Source of the DNA: Raillietiella orientalis
Taxonomy: Eukaryota
Assembly (NCBI GenBank): GCA_036172245.1
Contig: JAYWIR010000043.1
Span: forward strand, 1,364,001 to 1,428,000
Direction: 5' to 3'
DNA: 64,000 nt
In this document: positions 52,611 to 64,000 of the stretch, piece by piece
Layout of the letters: the number at the start of each line of letters is the position of its first letter
Position numbering within the stretch: position 1 is the stretch's first letter
Translations under genes and position numbers: made by a program
Notes under the pieces: model-generated
Told to the model about the DNA's origin: nothing
Database searches by the model: none
What the model saw: the letters and a program-made list of their open reading frames with translations, nothing else

Positions 52611-55029
52611 CGGCGTGGCTTTTATGATCCTGACCTCGAGACGGATATGGTGCCCTTTGTTTTCTGAGCACAGGAATGTTCCACATGCCTCATACAACGG
52701 AGGATCCCTATAGTAACGATCTGCTGATCTCTGAATGCGCGCTTGACACAGTGAATGCTATGAAAAAAGATGCACGCATATTTGTCATATTGTGAGAAGC
52801 ACTGAAAGGATGGGAGCACCAAAGAAAACCCAGATCTCACGAAAAGACAGAAACGAAGCTTTCCGGTTCTTTTCCGGCCTTTTGCATGAGATGAATCTTG
52901 AAAAACCTCTCCAGGAATTCTCTGAAATACTAGAGGAAGCGCATTGCGACTGAACTGCAAAACACACGCACACACAAAAGCATTCAAAACCTATTGGTAG
53001 GGCAACCGCCATAGGTGGCCCATGTGAAAGTTCGTGGTAGAAATCGAGAAGTCAGGCTGCCCGCAATTAATGGTATTTATCTTCAAAATTGGATAGGCCA
53101 TTGAATACTCGACACTGGGAAGATGCCATGAAAGAGTCCAAAACCGAAAATAAACACACGAATTTCTTCCTTATTTGAATATCATGGGAATGACTCTTAT
53201 AATTTTGGGTACCCTGATACGATGTACACTTTTCTTCAAATTCTTTAAGCTTCACCAGACTCAGTAATCTTCGTGTATTCGTCTGAAAACTCTCCGGAAG
53301 ATGCAAGCGAAAGAACAGGGATAGCTTTGTTCACGTGTATACAGAAGTGTAATAATAGCTCTGTGTTTGTGTTCGACTTTGCGTTCGACGGCTTTCGTTG
53401 GAAATTAGGGATGGACATTTCTGCAACGGAATGCACGAAAATTTTCGAGTCAGCATCAGTGAACTGCCATGTCCCTGAAATTTACTGCTCTTTCGTGGAT
53501 GGAATAGGAGGCTTCACATACTTGTTAAAGCATATCGAAATGCAATTCCGTGATGACTGTGGTCAGGAGGTTACCAGAACGAGGAGGCTGCGAGCTGTTG
53601 CTTGCAAAATCACCGTGACAGCCGCCGTTGCCAGAGAAGCTGGAGAAACATTTGAAAAATTCGTAATCACACTTGAAATTAGGATTCTAACGCAAGAAAA
53701 CTCTGAATGGATGCCGACAAAAAAAAAAGGGAAAGATGGGGGTATTTCAGGAAGAAGAGGGGGAAAGGGGGATATTCCGGTCGTAGGCATAGTATTTTTC
53801 CAACAACAGATTTTTCCAACAGTGGGAGCAATTTAGTGACTCGCTGCCTGGTTACCCAAACTTGCATCCTCCTCAGTAAAATACTTCATTAACAGACAGA
53901 TGATCTGCGAGTCCGGTTTTCCTATTCCAGCCTGATGGGATATTCACATGCACCACATTTCCCAGCACCTTCTTATATTTACTGTCTTATATTAGGGAAG
54001 AGCACTGATTGATGTCCGGATGGAAGAGAATTCCTCATAACAACGGGATGATGCGTTGGCCAATAAGATGCTGAAGACAATAGGTTGATGATGACTTGAG
54101 GGGCTCAGAATGATATTTGTCCTCCGGGTGAGATGAGATTATTATTGAGGGGCAGAGGAATGATACGCCAACATTTACGTTGAGATGTTTTCGTATGAGA
54201 AACAGTGAAGAGCTCCAAAACTGTGTATTTCTGGAAAGACTGGAAGCGGGGGAGGATGGGGAAGAGGACAGTACTTGCATACAGATGATGCAGGAATCAG
54301 ACGTTATTGAAACCCTATATTAATCTCGTGAGAGATAGGCAGGTTTTGTCGATGTCAGAGATGTAGTGTAAGGATATAACTCCTGTCGTAAGTTGGGCAA
54401 TTGAAAGGATCAAAAGGATTAGTATTAAGGAGCCCAAGCTCCCGGAATAAAAAAAGTTTGAAGATGCATTCATGCCATCAACAATTTGTTTGGCGAGACC
54501 TGTGATTCTCGGGAAGGAATAAAGGAGAATGTCAAGTTGTGGAGAGTGAAATCACGGGTGAGGTCAAATACGTGTGGGATAATAATGGTATAATAATTCA
54601 GATATCAATAGGTCGCACCTGATTAGAGTCCTCCTTCAATGTAATAGTACTGAGACGAAGGAACAACGATCGAACCATCTAGTAGCTGCTGGTTCTCTCC
54701 AAAGTTCCCCTCAGGATAGCTGGCGCTCGTCGAAGCGGAAGGGAAGAGGAGAGTCTCATTCGATGAAGAGGATAGGTAGAACCCTTGGGACCGGAATGAT
54801 CTCAACCTACTCTCGCACTTTAAGTTGGTGGGAAGTCCGGCTTGCTCGAAGGCTGAAGCTTGGTCTGTGGGATCCACGAGCACCCAATAGGCTCCCGCTG
54901 GTAAGCGGAACTGACACTGCAGGATGAACCGAACGTAGGGGGGTTACGACTCCCGATCATCAAATCCCATGAAAAGTGATGGTGATGGTTGCTATGGACT
55001 GCAGGACGACAAAAGTCGAAGTCCGCTAA

Positions 55030-56745
55030 GGATTGTCATCAGCGGCTCACCTGCCATGAATCGACCGGCCCAGAAGATAAGTGACGCTCAAATGTCGAGG
55101 TTATATCCAGCCACAGGGACCGAGGTGAATAGGGCTCAGTAGTCAGTAGTGCTAGTCGATGCGACGTGAGCCGGAAGGTTGGACTGAATCCCCTTGAGAA
55201 TTCCCAAGGGAGAGTACTTCAAATAGCTTGGAGTTCCGTTGGGGGACTTCTGCGTTGCAGAGGCCTGGTCCGGGCGCCTCCAAAAACTGGAGATGGTACT
55301 TGGTCCGTTCCAGAACGGCAAGTTCCACTTGCAGGAACGGGCCGCGGTGTGAAACTTGTTCGCAGCTCCTTTCCTCCATTCCGTGCTTTTTGTTTCGCCC
55401 TGGTCCCCTGGCCATTGGAAAACGGATCGAGGACCTCCTTAGAAAAGCTCTGGGGAGGGAACACAGGGAGGTTCCGAGTACGGCTTAAAGACTTGTGTGC
55501 TCCGCTTAGGGATGGTGGACTAAGTCTCCTTACGGTGGAGCAGATGAAGCGTCAGCTCCAACTCAGAAGAGTCGCCCTCGCAGAGATATCATGGACCACG
55601 CCTTGCTAGCATGCCTCTTTGTCGAAAAAGAAGTCAGCTGCGAGGATCTGACATCGGTCCTCGTTGCCAACGATATCAGTCTGAGGCATTGTGGCCATCA
55701 GCAACGTCGGATGGTTGTTTTGGTGGAGGAGAACATCTGCATCTCCTGCCTCCCTGCGAACTACACAACATGGCTGCAAAAGTCAGTTTCCACATGGAGA
55801 AAGATTCACGGCTCGAGCGAGGGAGAATGCACCTTCCTGCGGAGAGGTAGGTTCACTCGACAGCCTCTGCAGGAGATCGTGTGTAATCCACGCATACCGC
55901 AGTGGGCTTCGTTCATCCTCCTTGCCCCAGTGCTGTCCTTCCTAACGGACGAAAGAGACAGCAGCCATATGACAAGGTGGGAATTCAGATGCTATATAGA
56001 AGGCAGAAAAAAACTTCTGGTTGTGTGGACAACCCGTCAGTCTACAGACGCTACGACCCCGAGTGTCCCGCCGAAAGGACTTTCACGCTGGGGCGAGCTG
56101 CTCTGACCGGAGGAGGTGAAGTGGCCCCTACCGTGTTACAACAGTGGCACCCCCCACTCAAGTGGCAGGAGTTGAAGTTGTTGGAGAATCCCATGCAAAG
56201 CACGCCTTCACCATTGGACACGAATGTGTGCAACTGTTAAATGTGACAGGTGTGGCGAGACCTTGCACTTTCTGCTGGACGGTGCTGCCCTCCGACCCCT
56301 CTGGGATCACCCAGCGACGACCCTTGGAATCTCGATGATAGACCCCAGGGACATTTTCCGACTCCTCTTCGTGCGTGCCGCACTGCCGCCAGCAGTGTTC
56401 CCTGCGGTTCTCTGCTGCCTTCGCGGGATCTTGGCGGCATGGAAGGCCAGAAGAGGCCTAAATGGAAGAGACGTCATCCACGGGACGCGGATCTTCCTGA
56501 AGACTGCCTCGAAATGGCTCACCTCGGCAACATTAAAACCGACCTTTTTAGCATCCTGGGCAGGATGCAGAAGACGTCCCACAGCGAAATGTGATTCTTT
56601 TCCCGGTTTTCTCTTCTCCATCGCTGATGAAGAGGACTTCGGTCTACGTGACGGACTTTGCAAGTTCGAACCACGTGGTGGAACCAAGTGCTCTACCATA
56701 TTATTGCAATTGTATTTGATTTTTATTATTATTTTTAATAATAGA
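55030..56745 (+). mobile_element. L1/Tx1-like non-LTR retrotransposon copy A (5'-truncated, decayed)
   Basis: Nucleotide and protein similarity to 61.4-63.0 kb: FK*LGVPLGDF, LCAPLRDGGLSLLT, LSRWGELL, CDRCGETLHFLLD..LRPLW, DIFRLLFVR. Confidence 0.85.
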
Positions 56746-56779
56746 TTACCCGGAAAAATGGGGTAAACAACCACCAGGA

Positions 56780-58820
56780 TAGAGTCGTTCCTGTCTTCTG
56801 GAGTACCGCCGCATGAGGACGGCAGGTTCCAGGAGGCGGCGAGTGGGAGGGTGACAGTGCGTGCAGAAGGTTCCGGGAGCGAGCTTGGTGGTGATAGCAA
56901 ATGCTCCAGTGAGATCCGGAGGTCTGATGTGTAGAGGAGTTTCATGGGAACATTCTTTGAGCATGGTTCAGTCGATCTCAAGTACCCGAAGAAATCCCCC
57001 GTGTAAGGCGGGCGGCTTTTTTTTTTTAAAAAAAAAAAAAAGGAAAAGAAAGTTTTTCCGCAGATCGCCTTCCTTATCCAACGCAAGCAAGGAGTACTCC
57101 GAGAGGAGACCTCCCTATGAAACCAGGAAGGGCTCCGGAGGAAGGAGCTTGTTCCTCTCACGCTTGCGAGAGAACCCCAAAGGAAACTCTCCCCCTGGGA
57201 ACACTGAAGGGACTCTTTTAGATTTTCTCTGGGGAGTCGATTCCGAAGGGCGCAGTGCACTTTTTCACACTTTGGAGATATACCAATCCACCACCAGGTC
57301 CATGATACGAGATAAAGGCTTCTCCCGAAGGCGGGCTTCATCTTCTTCATCTCCATCTTCACAACCGGAGGGAAACCCCGGAGGAAACCGGCTCCTTGAT
57401 TATTGAAAGGACTCTGGAGAGTCAATTTCCAATCCTGGCCAGTCAACGGGAGCATCCTACTTCCACCAGTGCCTCACCGCTCTGGGATGGCGGCCTAGTC
57501 CTCCTAACACTGGGGCGGATGGAGCTGCAGCTCCAGTTTCGAACACGCCCTCGTGGAAAATCTTTGGAGAACCATCTGATGCCAACCTGCACGTCTTATA
57601 GTCCAGCAATGAACCAGCAGCGTGGGATTCGCCTCCTACCTTGCGTGCCGTCCACGCAGCCTCATCCACTGCACCTGCAGCAGGTCGCCACTCTGGTGAC
57701 GAAAAACGGATGGATCTAGTACCGTCCTGTAAACGGTGGTGCCTGGTTGCAGGAAACTAACCGCACGTGGGCGAGGATCCAGGAGCCAAGCGCGCAACGA
57801 TTGTGACGTTTCCTGTACGCGCGTAACAACAGCTGTACGCTCCAGGAGATCCTGGAAGATCCCGAGAAGAGTGCATGGGCAAGGAGAACCTCCCTCGCTA
57901 CCGCGCAGCCCTCCCTTAGGGAGCACATGCACAGCCGCCTTACGGCTAGATGGGGAGATCTCGGTGGAAACCTCCTGCAGGAGAAGACGACTGGGAGAGG
58001 GGACGACGGACAAGCTCGCCGAAGCTGTGACCCCGATTGCTCGACCTCGTGAACTTTTGCGCAGGGGCGTTCTACTGGGTATTCTGAAGGAAGACCTGCA
58101 GTGGTTCCCGGCTCTCATGAACACCCGCACCCTCCTCTTAAAGTCGCAGGAGTCGGCGTTGATGCTGCTTCACTGGTGCTTCCCGTGCAACGCCCGCCGG
58201 CATCATTGGACATGGTGGTGTGTGGGTCCAAACTGTGCGAGGCGCAGGGAGCGGAAGTCCCTCCCACACCTTCCAGTGGACTATGTTGCCCTCCGATTCC
58301 TTTGGGGACTCTTTGCTGCGACCCTTGGAACCCTCGGCGGCAACGCCAGAACGTTTTAAAGCGCCTCTTCCTGCACGACGCCCTCACGCCGACCGCATCC
58401 CCAGCAGCACTTTGCTGCCCACGCGACAGGACCGTGGCTGCATGGAGCAGAACGCTAGAGGAGACCATGACGACAGGGACGTCCCTTACTTTACTGTCCT
58501 CTTCATGAGGACAGCATCAAGATGGCCCCATCTGGGAGTCTTGAAACAGGGATTTGCCGGTATCCTTACAAGGATGCAGAGGACACCCTCCAGCACTCGG
58601 TGATCCCTTCCGGAACCTCCCCCTCGTCCATTTTTTTTACTGTATTTTTGTTTGGTTAATTTTTTCTTTATGTCTGTCTCCGCATCCCCTGTACTGCCGA
58701 GGCGAGCCCCGCTGGCCTGAGTGCCTGTTCCCGGCAGGTTCCTTCTCATAGCTATCAGTAACATGACGGGATCAAACGTCCTGCCACAGACATGTGTGCT
58801 TATTTTTTTATAAATAAATG
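56780..58820 (+). mobile_element. L1/Tx1-like copy B
   Basis: PLWDGGLVLLTL, RLDGE, LHWCFPCNARRHHW, CARRRERKSLPHLPVDY..LW, WPHLGVLK; T-rich 3' UTR and AATAAA at ~58813. Confidence 0.8.
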
Positions 58821-59039
58821 CCCCGGAGTGATCGGGTGTCAACCAGTGATGCACTCAAAGCTGCAGGCTAACCAGAAGCATCATATTGGAGGAGGGGATT
58901 CGAAACCCACGACTCCTCATCCATTTCTCTGGCATCGATCCTTATTTTCACCCGATCACGCTGAAGCGTTTATGGTAAAAAAAATATTTACAAAAAAAAA
59001 CAAACAGTTATGTAAAATATGGAAATGTCTTTCTCCGTA

Positions 59040-61180
59040 GTGGTTTTACATCACCACTACGAAGGGAGACGTCTCGGAGGCGCTGCTTCTCGTGAGCAGC
59101 TCCGCCGATGAGGCCGGCGCAGGAGAAGTGGGAGAAAGGGTAATCAAAACAAAAAAAACACACACAAAAGTTCAGCTTCAAAATACGTTAGGGGGAAGAG
59201 AGGGAAGGAAAGGAATCACAAAATTCCTCCTGACGTCCTCAGTCCTCTGGAGGATGTTAGTGACTTCCTCACCCTTTTCTTGGCAGAGGTGTGGCCATTT
59301 TGTGGCCTTCGTGAAGGAGCAGACGATTGGGATGACTTCACCGTTTGACTGGACACTTTCGGTACGGCTTCTCGCTGCCACATTCCCACGAAGGCCGCAT
59401 GGAGTTGCCAGGAAAGCCGCAGGTGACGTCAAATCGCACGAGAAAAGCGCCGCAAGGCCTCTCTGCCCGTTGTCCATTGGGAGTGGGAGGGTCACAGCAT
59501 AGCGTTCCCAGACGTTCAGAAGGACAAAACGCGATCCAGCAACAAATGCAGGAAGGTTTTCCGTTTCCCACACCTGGTACAGTCTGGGGCCGCACTCCCC
59601 CTCTTCCACTGCTAGACTTGTGCGTTGCATGGATCGCCCAGGTCAACAACTGCAATGCCGAGTCCTGCCGCTTCAAGGGAAGCGTGGAACTGTCCACAAA
59701 CACTGGGGGTATTTCTGCCTCTTCAGCAGGAATGTCCAGGAGTTCTACCGAGCGACAAATTCCTTTGGGGAGGGCGACGGGGGTACATGCGTCAGCCAGT
59801 TGACGCACCGTCCAGCATCCCAGCTACTTCTTCTTTACCGAGATCTCTCAGGACACTTCCCACAATGCAAGCGCATCGCCATTTCCACTTTGCCACTGTT
59901 ATGTTGAGCGTGGCTGCAAGTGAGGTGTTCTGTGCCCGAAGGGTCTTCCACGGGCAATCCACGATTTCCTGCAACGAGCAGCGACCGAAGTTCGAGAATC
60001 GCAGGCCTCGCATTGGCTCCAGGCTCGTGTCGTGTCCTTTCGCCCATATCCGATCTGTTTCCTTCTCGGTGGCCATGAACGAGGAAGTGGTGCGTCTCTC
60101 GGCGCTGGCTGCTCAACTGACCAGGAATCTGACCTGGAGTTCTGCGCACCAATGGGCGCTCCAGAACTTCGCTGCTAGGGCTAATCTTGGAAACTGGAGC
60201 GAACGCTTCATCTTTTCCAGCGTCAGGACGCCGAGTTCTGTGTCCCGACGCGGCGCCTATAAGCTTCTCACAGAAGGTCCTCGGTCCGCTTTGTCACATC
60301 CTCGAGCAAGGAGGAAGAAGGGGGGGGGGTCACAAACGAAAAGCAGGGGTCGGAGGAGAGAGCCATGAGCGTCTTCGACAAGACAACCCGTTCCTGCAAG
60401 AGAAACCTGCTGTTCAGGAACAAGTCGAGAGCTGATTCTGCCTTTTGGAGACCGCTGGACCAGACTTTTGTTGTGCAGGAGTACGCCAACGGAGATCTTA
60501 GGCATTTAACCCTTTGGGTGCGGAGCTCATCAGATTTACATGTTCTGTGCTGACGGCACGCGAGAGCCGCAGTTGCGATCCCTGTGGACGGAATGCTTTT
60601 TCGCGTGCCGCGTCCAGGAACCGATTGATTTTATAAAATGCTGATTAAAGTTACTATTGTCATTGTCTACTTGCAAAGCATTGAATAAGATATTTCCCAA
60701 ACATATATCATTTATTAATTAAATTATAATTTCGATAAAGTCAACAATTCATTCACATTTTCAAGATATCACAAAGGTAAAAAACAATATAATAGATTCT
60801 ATACGACACCGAGGAAAACCGAGAAATCGTCAGCCGATGTAAATAGAGTTTTGTCCACTGCCGTTGCCAAGGCTATTATAAGAACGTAAGTCAAAATTGC
60901 TAACTTATGCCGCGTGTACGAGGTAAAAACATTTGCCAAATGATGCGTCCAAGGCGCCCGCTGAATAGTTTTCGTCGGACGCATCTATGGGTCCATAGCG
61001 GTCAAAGAGTTAACATAATTGACCGTGGGGATCCCCAAGAGGATCCCGTCCGGTTGCCCCGACCACGCCTAGCCGACAGTCTAATTCGCCCTGCTTATAC
61101 GCGCGCCAGCTCTTCGGGAGGATCAGCTCGAGGAATTGCTCGAGGGATGCTGCCGGGGCTGACGTGAGTAACAGGAGCAA
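59040..61180 (-). mobile_element. L1/Tx1-like copy C (apparently two tandem fragments), interrupted by a TTAA element
   Basis: Minus-strand matches to copy D: LGIPTVNY|VKCL, VWSSGLQK, TKRTEDLL, RCSLQEIVDCP, then a restart at KWKWR..; VWERYAVTLPLP..ATKWPHL. Confidence 0.8.
60510..61009. mobile_element. 500-bp non-autonomous TTAA-specific (piggyBac-like) element/MITE
   Basis: Flanked by TTAA at 60506-60509 and 61010-61013; ends CCCTTTGGGTGC / GCGGTCAAAGAG are imperfect TIRs. Removing it plus one TTAA restores copy C collinear with copy D (CTTGGGGATCCCCACGG..KYL). Confidence 0.8.
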
Positions 61181-61199
61181 AGAGCCGTGGGCTGATCAC

Positions 61200-63160
61200 T
61201 GTATCTTTCAGCAGTCAGAAAGTGTACGACGTGCCGGTGAGGCGGGGCATGCGGCAGGGCGATAGCCTGAGTCCCCTGCTCTTTAACACTTACTTTGAGT
61301 TGGTGCTGAGAGCATACAAGGAGACTTTGGCAGCCTTGCCGAGCTCGTACGCCTGCTGTAGCAGCGTACGCCGACGATCTTCTGCTCATGCTCCCCATGT
61401 CCACCCCGGCAGCGGCAGTCGAGGATTTCTTCGATCTGCTTAGCCGCGGGACCGGACTGCAGGTTAACAAGGCGAAGTCGTCGGTGGTGGCAGTTGGTGC
61501 GACGTGGGCAGGACGGCCTGACTGGATCTGCTTGGGGATCCCCACGGCCAGGTACCTGAAGTACCTGGGTGTCCCCTTGGGGGACTTCTGCCCGTCAGAA
61601 GTTTGGTCAGGTCGTCTCCAAAAAGTAGAGTCGGTGATCGGCCCGTTCCTGGAGGGCAAGTTCCTCTTGCCGGAATGGGCCGCGGTGTGGAACGCGTTCA
61701 CGGCTCCCATCCTTCGCCCCCTGCTTTTTGTTTGCCCCGTTTCCTCCCAGTTGAAGAAGAGGACAAAGGACCTCCTCTGTATCGTTCTGTGGGGTAGCGG
61801 GAGGCCCCGTGCAACTCTGAAGAACTTGTGCGCTCCGCGTCGGGACGGCGGTCTTGGCCTCCTGACGCTGGAGCGCTCGGAAATCCAGCTGCGATGGCGC
61901 ACCATGGCCATCGCAGCGAAGTTGTGGAGCACTTGTTGGTGCGTTCCGGCCCGCCTCCTAGATAGCCGTGTATCCAGGACGCAAGGACTCGTGTCTCATC
62001 TTCTGTGCCCCAGCCGGAAGATCAAAAGATGCGGCCTTCTCCTTGGACGCATGCCTACACTTGCCAAGGAGAACGGCTGGATGGTATGCAGCCCCGCCAA
62101 CTCCTCCGCATGGCTGGAGGAGACAACTGGCACGTGGGCGAAGTTACATGCTCAGAGAAGTGACAGCTGGAACTGCCTGCGATTCGGGACCCACGCCCGC
62201 TGCACCCTGCGGACCATTCTGGAGTGTCCCGCAATGAGCACATGGGCGGAGACCACCCCTTTAGCTACGGCGCTGCCCTTCCTACGGAGGGCCCTCGTCA
62301 GCGGCCGCACACCGAAGTGACAAGTCTCCTGCCGAATCTCGGGCAGAGAGAAGAAGATGAGCGGTTGGATCATGGGAGAGCTGGCGGACGCCACGACCCT
62401 GAGCATCCTTCCGCGTGGATTGTCAAGATGGGGCGAGCTGCTTGCCATCCCGATGGATGAGCTGAATGACCCCCGGTATTACAAGGATCAAGGAGTCTGC
62501 CCCTTAAGTGGCAAGAGTCGGCGCTGCTGCTGTTGCATTGGGGTCTACCCTGCAACGCAAGCCGCTTCCATTGGACAAGGGGAACTGTGAATCCACAGTG
62601 TGCCAGGTGAGGGGAGCGGGAATCCCTCCCTCACTTGATTGTTGACTGCCCTGTCCTCCGACCCCTATGGGAACGTTTTGGGACGACCCTCGGACTCCCG
62701 GTGGGCAGCGCACACAAAGACGTTTTTCGGCTTCTCTTCGTGCGGGACGCCCTGCAGCCAACCGCAGCCCTGGCAGTACTTTGCTGCATCCGTGGGATTG
62801 TGGTGGCCTGGAGTGAAGCCAAAGATGAAGATGCCAACGAAAGGGACGTAATCTTGTATGCTGCTCGCTTCCCGCAGAGAGCTACCGGATGGCCCCAGCT
62901 GGGTGGACTAAAGAAGGACCTCGAGGGCATCCTGCAAAGCATGGACCCTCCTCCCAGTGGTCAATGATCCCTTCCCCGCCCTACAAATTCTTTTTTTTTG
63001 TCTTATTGTTTTATTTTTCTTTTTGTTTTTTCCCCATCCCCTTCCACTGCCGAGGAGAGTCACTCTGGTCTGCGTCCCGGCGTCCCGGCAGTCCGGCGAA
63101 ATGTTCGCCGTTAGTGGGGCTTTGTACCACGCTATGACTTCAGAAAGAGTTTGAATAAAC
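61200..63160 (+). mobile_element. L1/Tx1-like copy D, best preserved (RT motifs B-E, thumb, CCHC knuckle, 3' UTR)
   Basis: RRGMRQGDSLSPLLFN, AAYADDL (shifted frame), GLQVNKAKS, YLKYLGVPLG, LCAPRRDGGLGL, CAR*GERESLPHLIVDCPVLRPLW; AATAAA at ~63154. Confidence 0.92.
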
Positions 63161-63259
63161 GTCCTGACGTATCCGGGTGGCATCGCTGCACCGGTACGCC
63201 GCCCACGAATCAGCCAATGAAAAAAATATTCATCATCGCGTTGTGCCATCAGGAGTGCA

Positions 63260-64000
63260 GGTAGGTCAGGAGGACGTCCGAGGATCCTGTGCTTCCAGAA
63301 TCTCCAGGAGAAGCTCCTGGTCTACACAGTCGAATGACTTTTGCAAACCGACTGCGACCGCAAGGGCTCCTGACGCTTCCGACTCAGCGTGACCTCCCGA
63401 TCCCTGGTCATCTCGGAATTCAGGATTCCTTGGACCGACTAGCGCAACGCCTCGTTGGACCTGATCCAGGTGCTCACCATCAAAAAGGTTCGTTTCTACT
63501 TTTCGTCCGGGAACAGCGTACCGGGTACGTCTGCTCCGGGATGATGAATGTTTCCGCCAACCACCCCAGTCCATAGCTCCGCGAGCAGCTTGGCGGCCAT
63601 GTTGATGACATCAACCAGACGCCGGCTGCTTATGTTGCGGAGGTCTCCTACCTTTGGATGGAGACGTACTCGTGCTGATCGGAAAGAGGTGGTCACCTCA
63701 CCTGCCTTCCGAATCAGAGTGCATATCCGATGCACCGGTGGGGTCAGCTCAGCCGCGAAACACTGGTGAAACGCAGCCAGCAGGCAGTCCTCCTCTCGTA
63801 GTGCTTTCCTTTTCTTCCCTTGAGCTTGCTGATGGCAGAGATGACCTCCCCCATAATGAAACGACTCGCTCAAGATAGATTCGCGACTCCTCCCGATCTC
63901 GGGAACGCCTTCAGGCCGCAACTGCTGCTCAAACTCGCGTTCCGGTGGTGCTATCGCGTACAGGAGCAGTAAAATTGGCTCACGATGCGTCGTATTTCTG
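63260..64000 (-). mobile_element. L1/Tx1-like RT N-terminal fragment (copy E)
   Basis: AFHQCF..SFRSARVRLHPKVGDLRNISSRRLVDVINMAAKLLA, RYAVPGR, GLQKSFDCVD (DxxKAFDxV-like). Confidence 0.85.

Noticed and set aside
56620..56675. CTGATGA hammerhead-like core in the copy A 3' region (also CTGAAGA..GAAAC at ~7812)
   Set aside because: No properly placed GAAA with closing stems could be built.
56307..57455. 382-aa minus-strand ORF
   Set aside because: Antisense to decayed LINE copies A and B, crosses a poly-T/poly-A tract, and has no recognisable domain.

Overview
Eukaryotic (arthropod-like) genomic DNA; no prokaryotic features, CRISPR arrays, rRNA or tRNA were seen. An AT-rich core (~14-41 kb) holds compact host genes with very short introns: DPH4/DNAJC24 head-to-head with PCCB, an M6 proteolipid gene, and a convergent C2H2 zinc-finger gene. 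The probable first exon of that gene encodes a RAG1-N-terminal/ZAD-like CxxC..IHP..CxxC domain. GC-richer blocks (1-14 kb, 21.6-25.7 kb, 42-64 kb) are mostly decayed transposons: RLE-type and L1/Tx1-type non-LTR retroelements, DIRS-like tyrosine-recombinase relics, a Helitron-like Rep/Pif1 relic, a possible Kolobok/Mutator-like relic and a TTAA-flanked MITE. Most notable: (1) a cryptic, intronless, frameshifted telomerase reverse transcriptase (TERT)-like sequence at ~23.3-25.7 kb (minus), with motifs T-1-2-A-B'-C-D-E-CTE in order and split by a TSD-flanked RLE retrotransposon; (2) the RAG1-N-like exon that can splice in phase either to a short terminal exon or to the C2H2 exon; (3) a near-identical inverted repeat running off the left edge. 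All motif assignments are by-eye translation with no database search, and boundaries of decayed elements are approximate.
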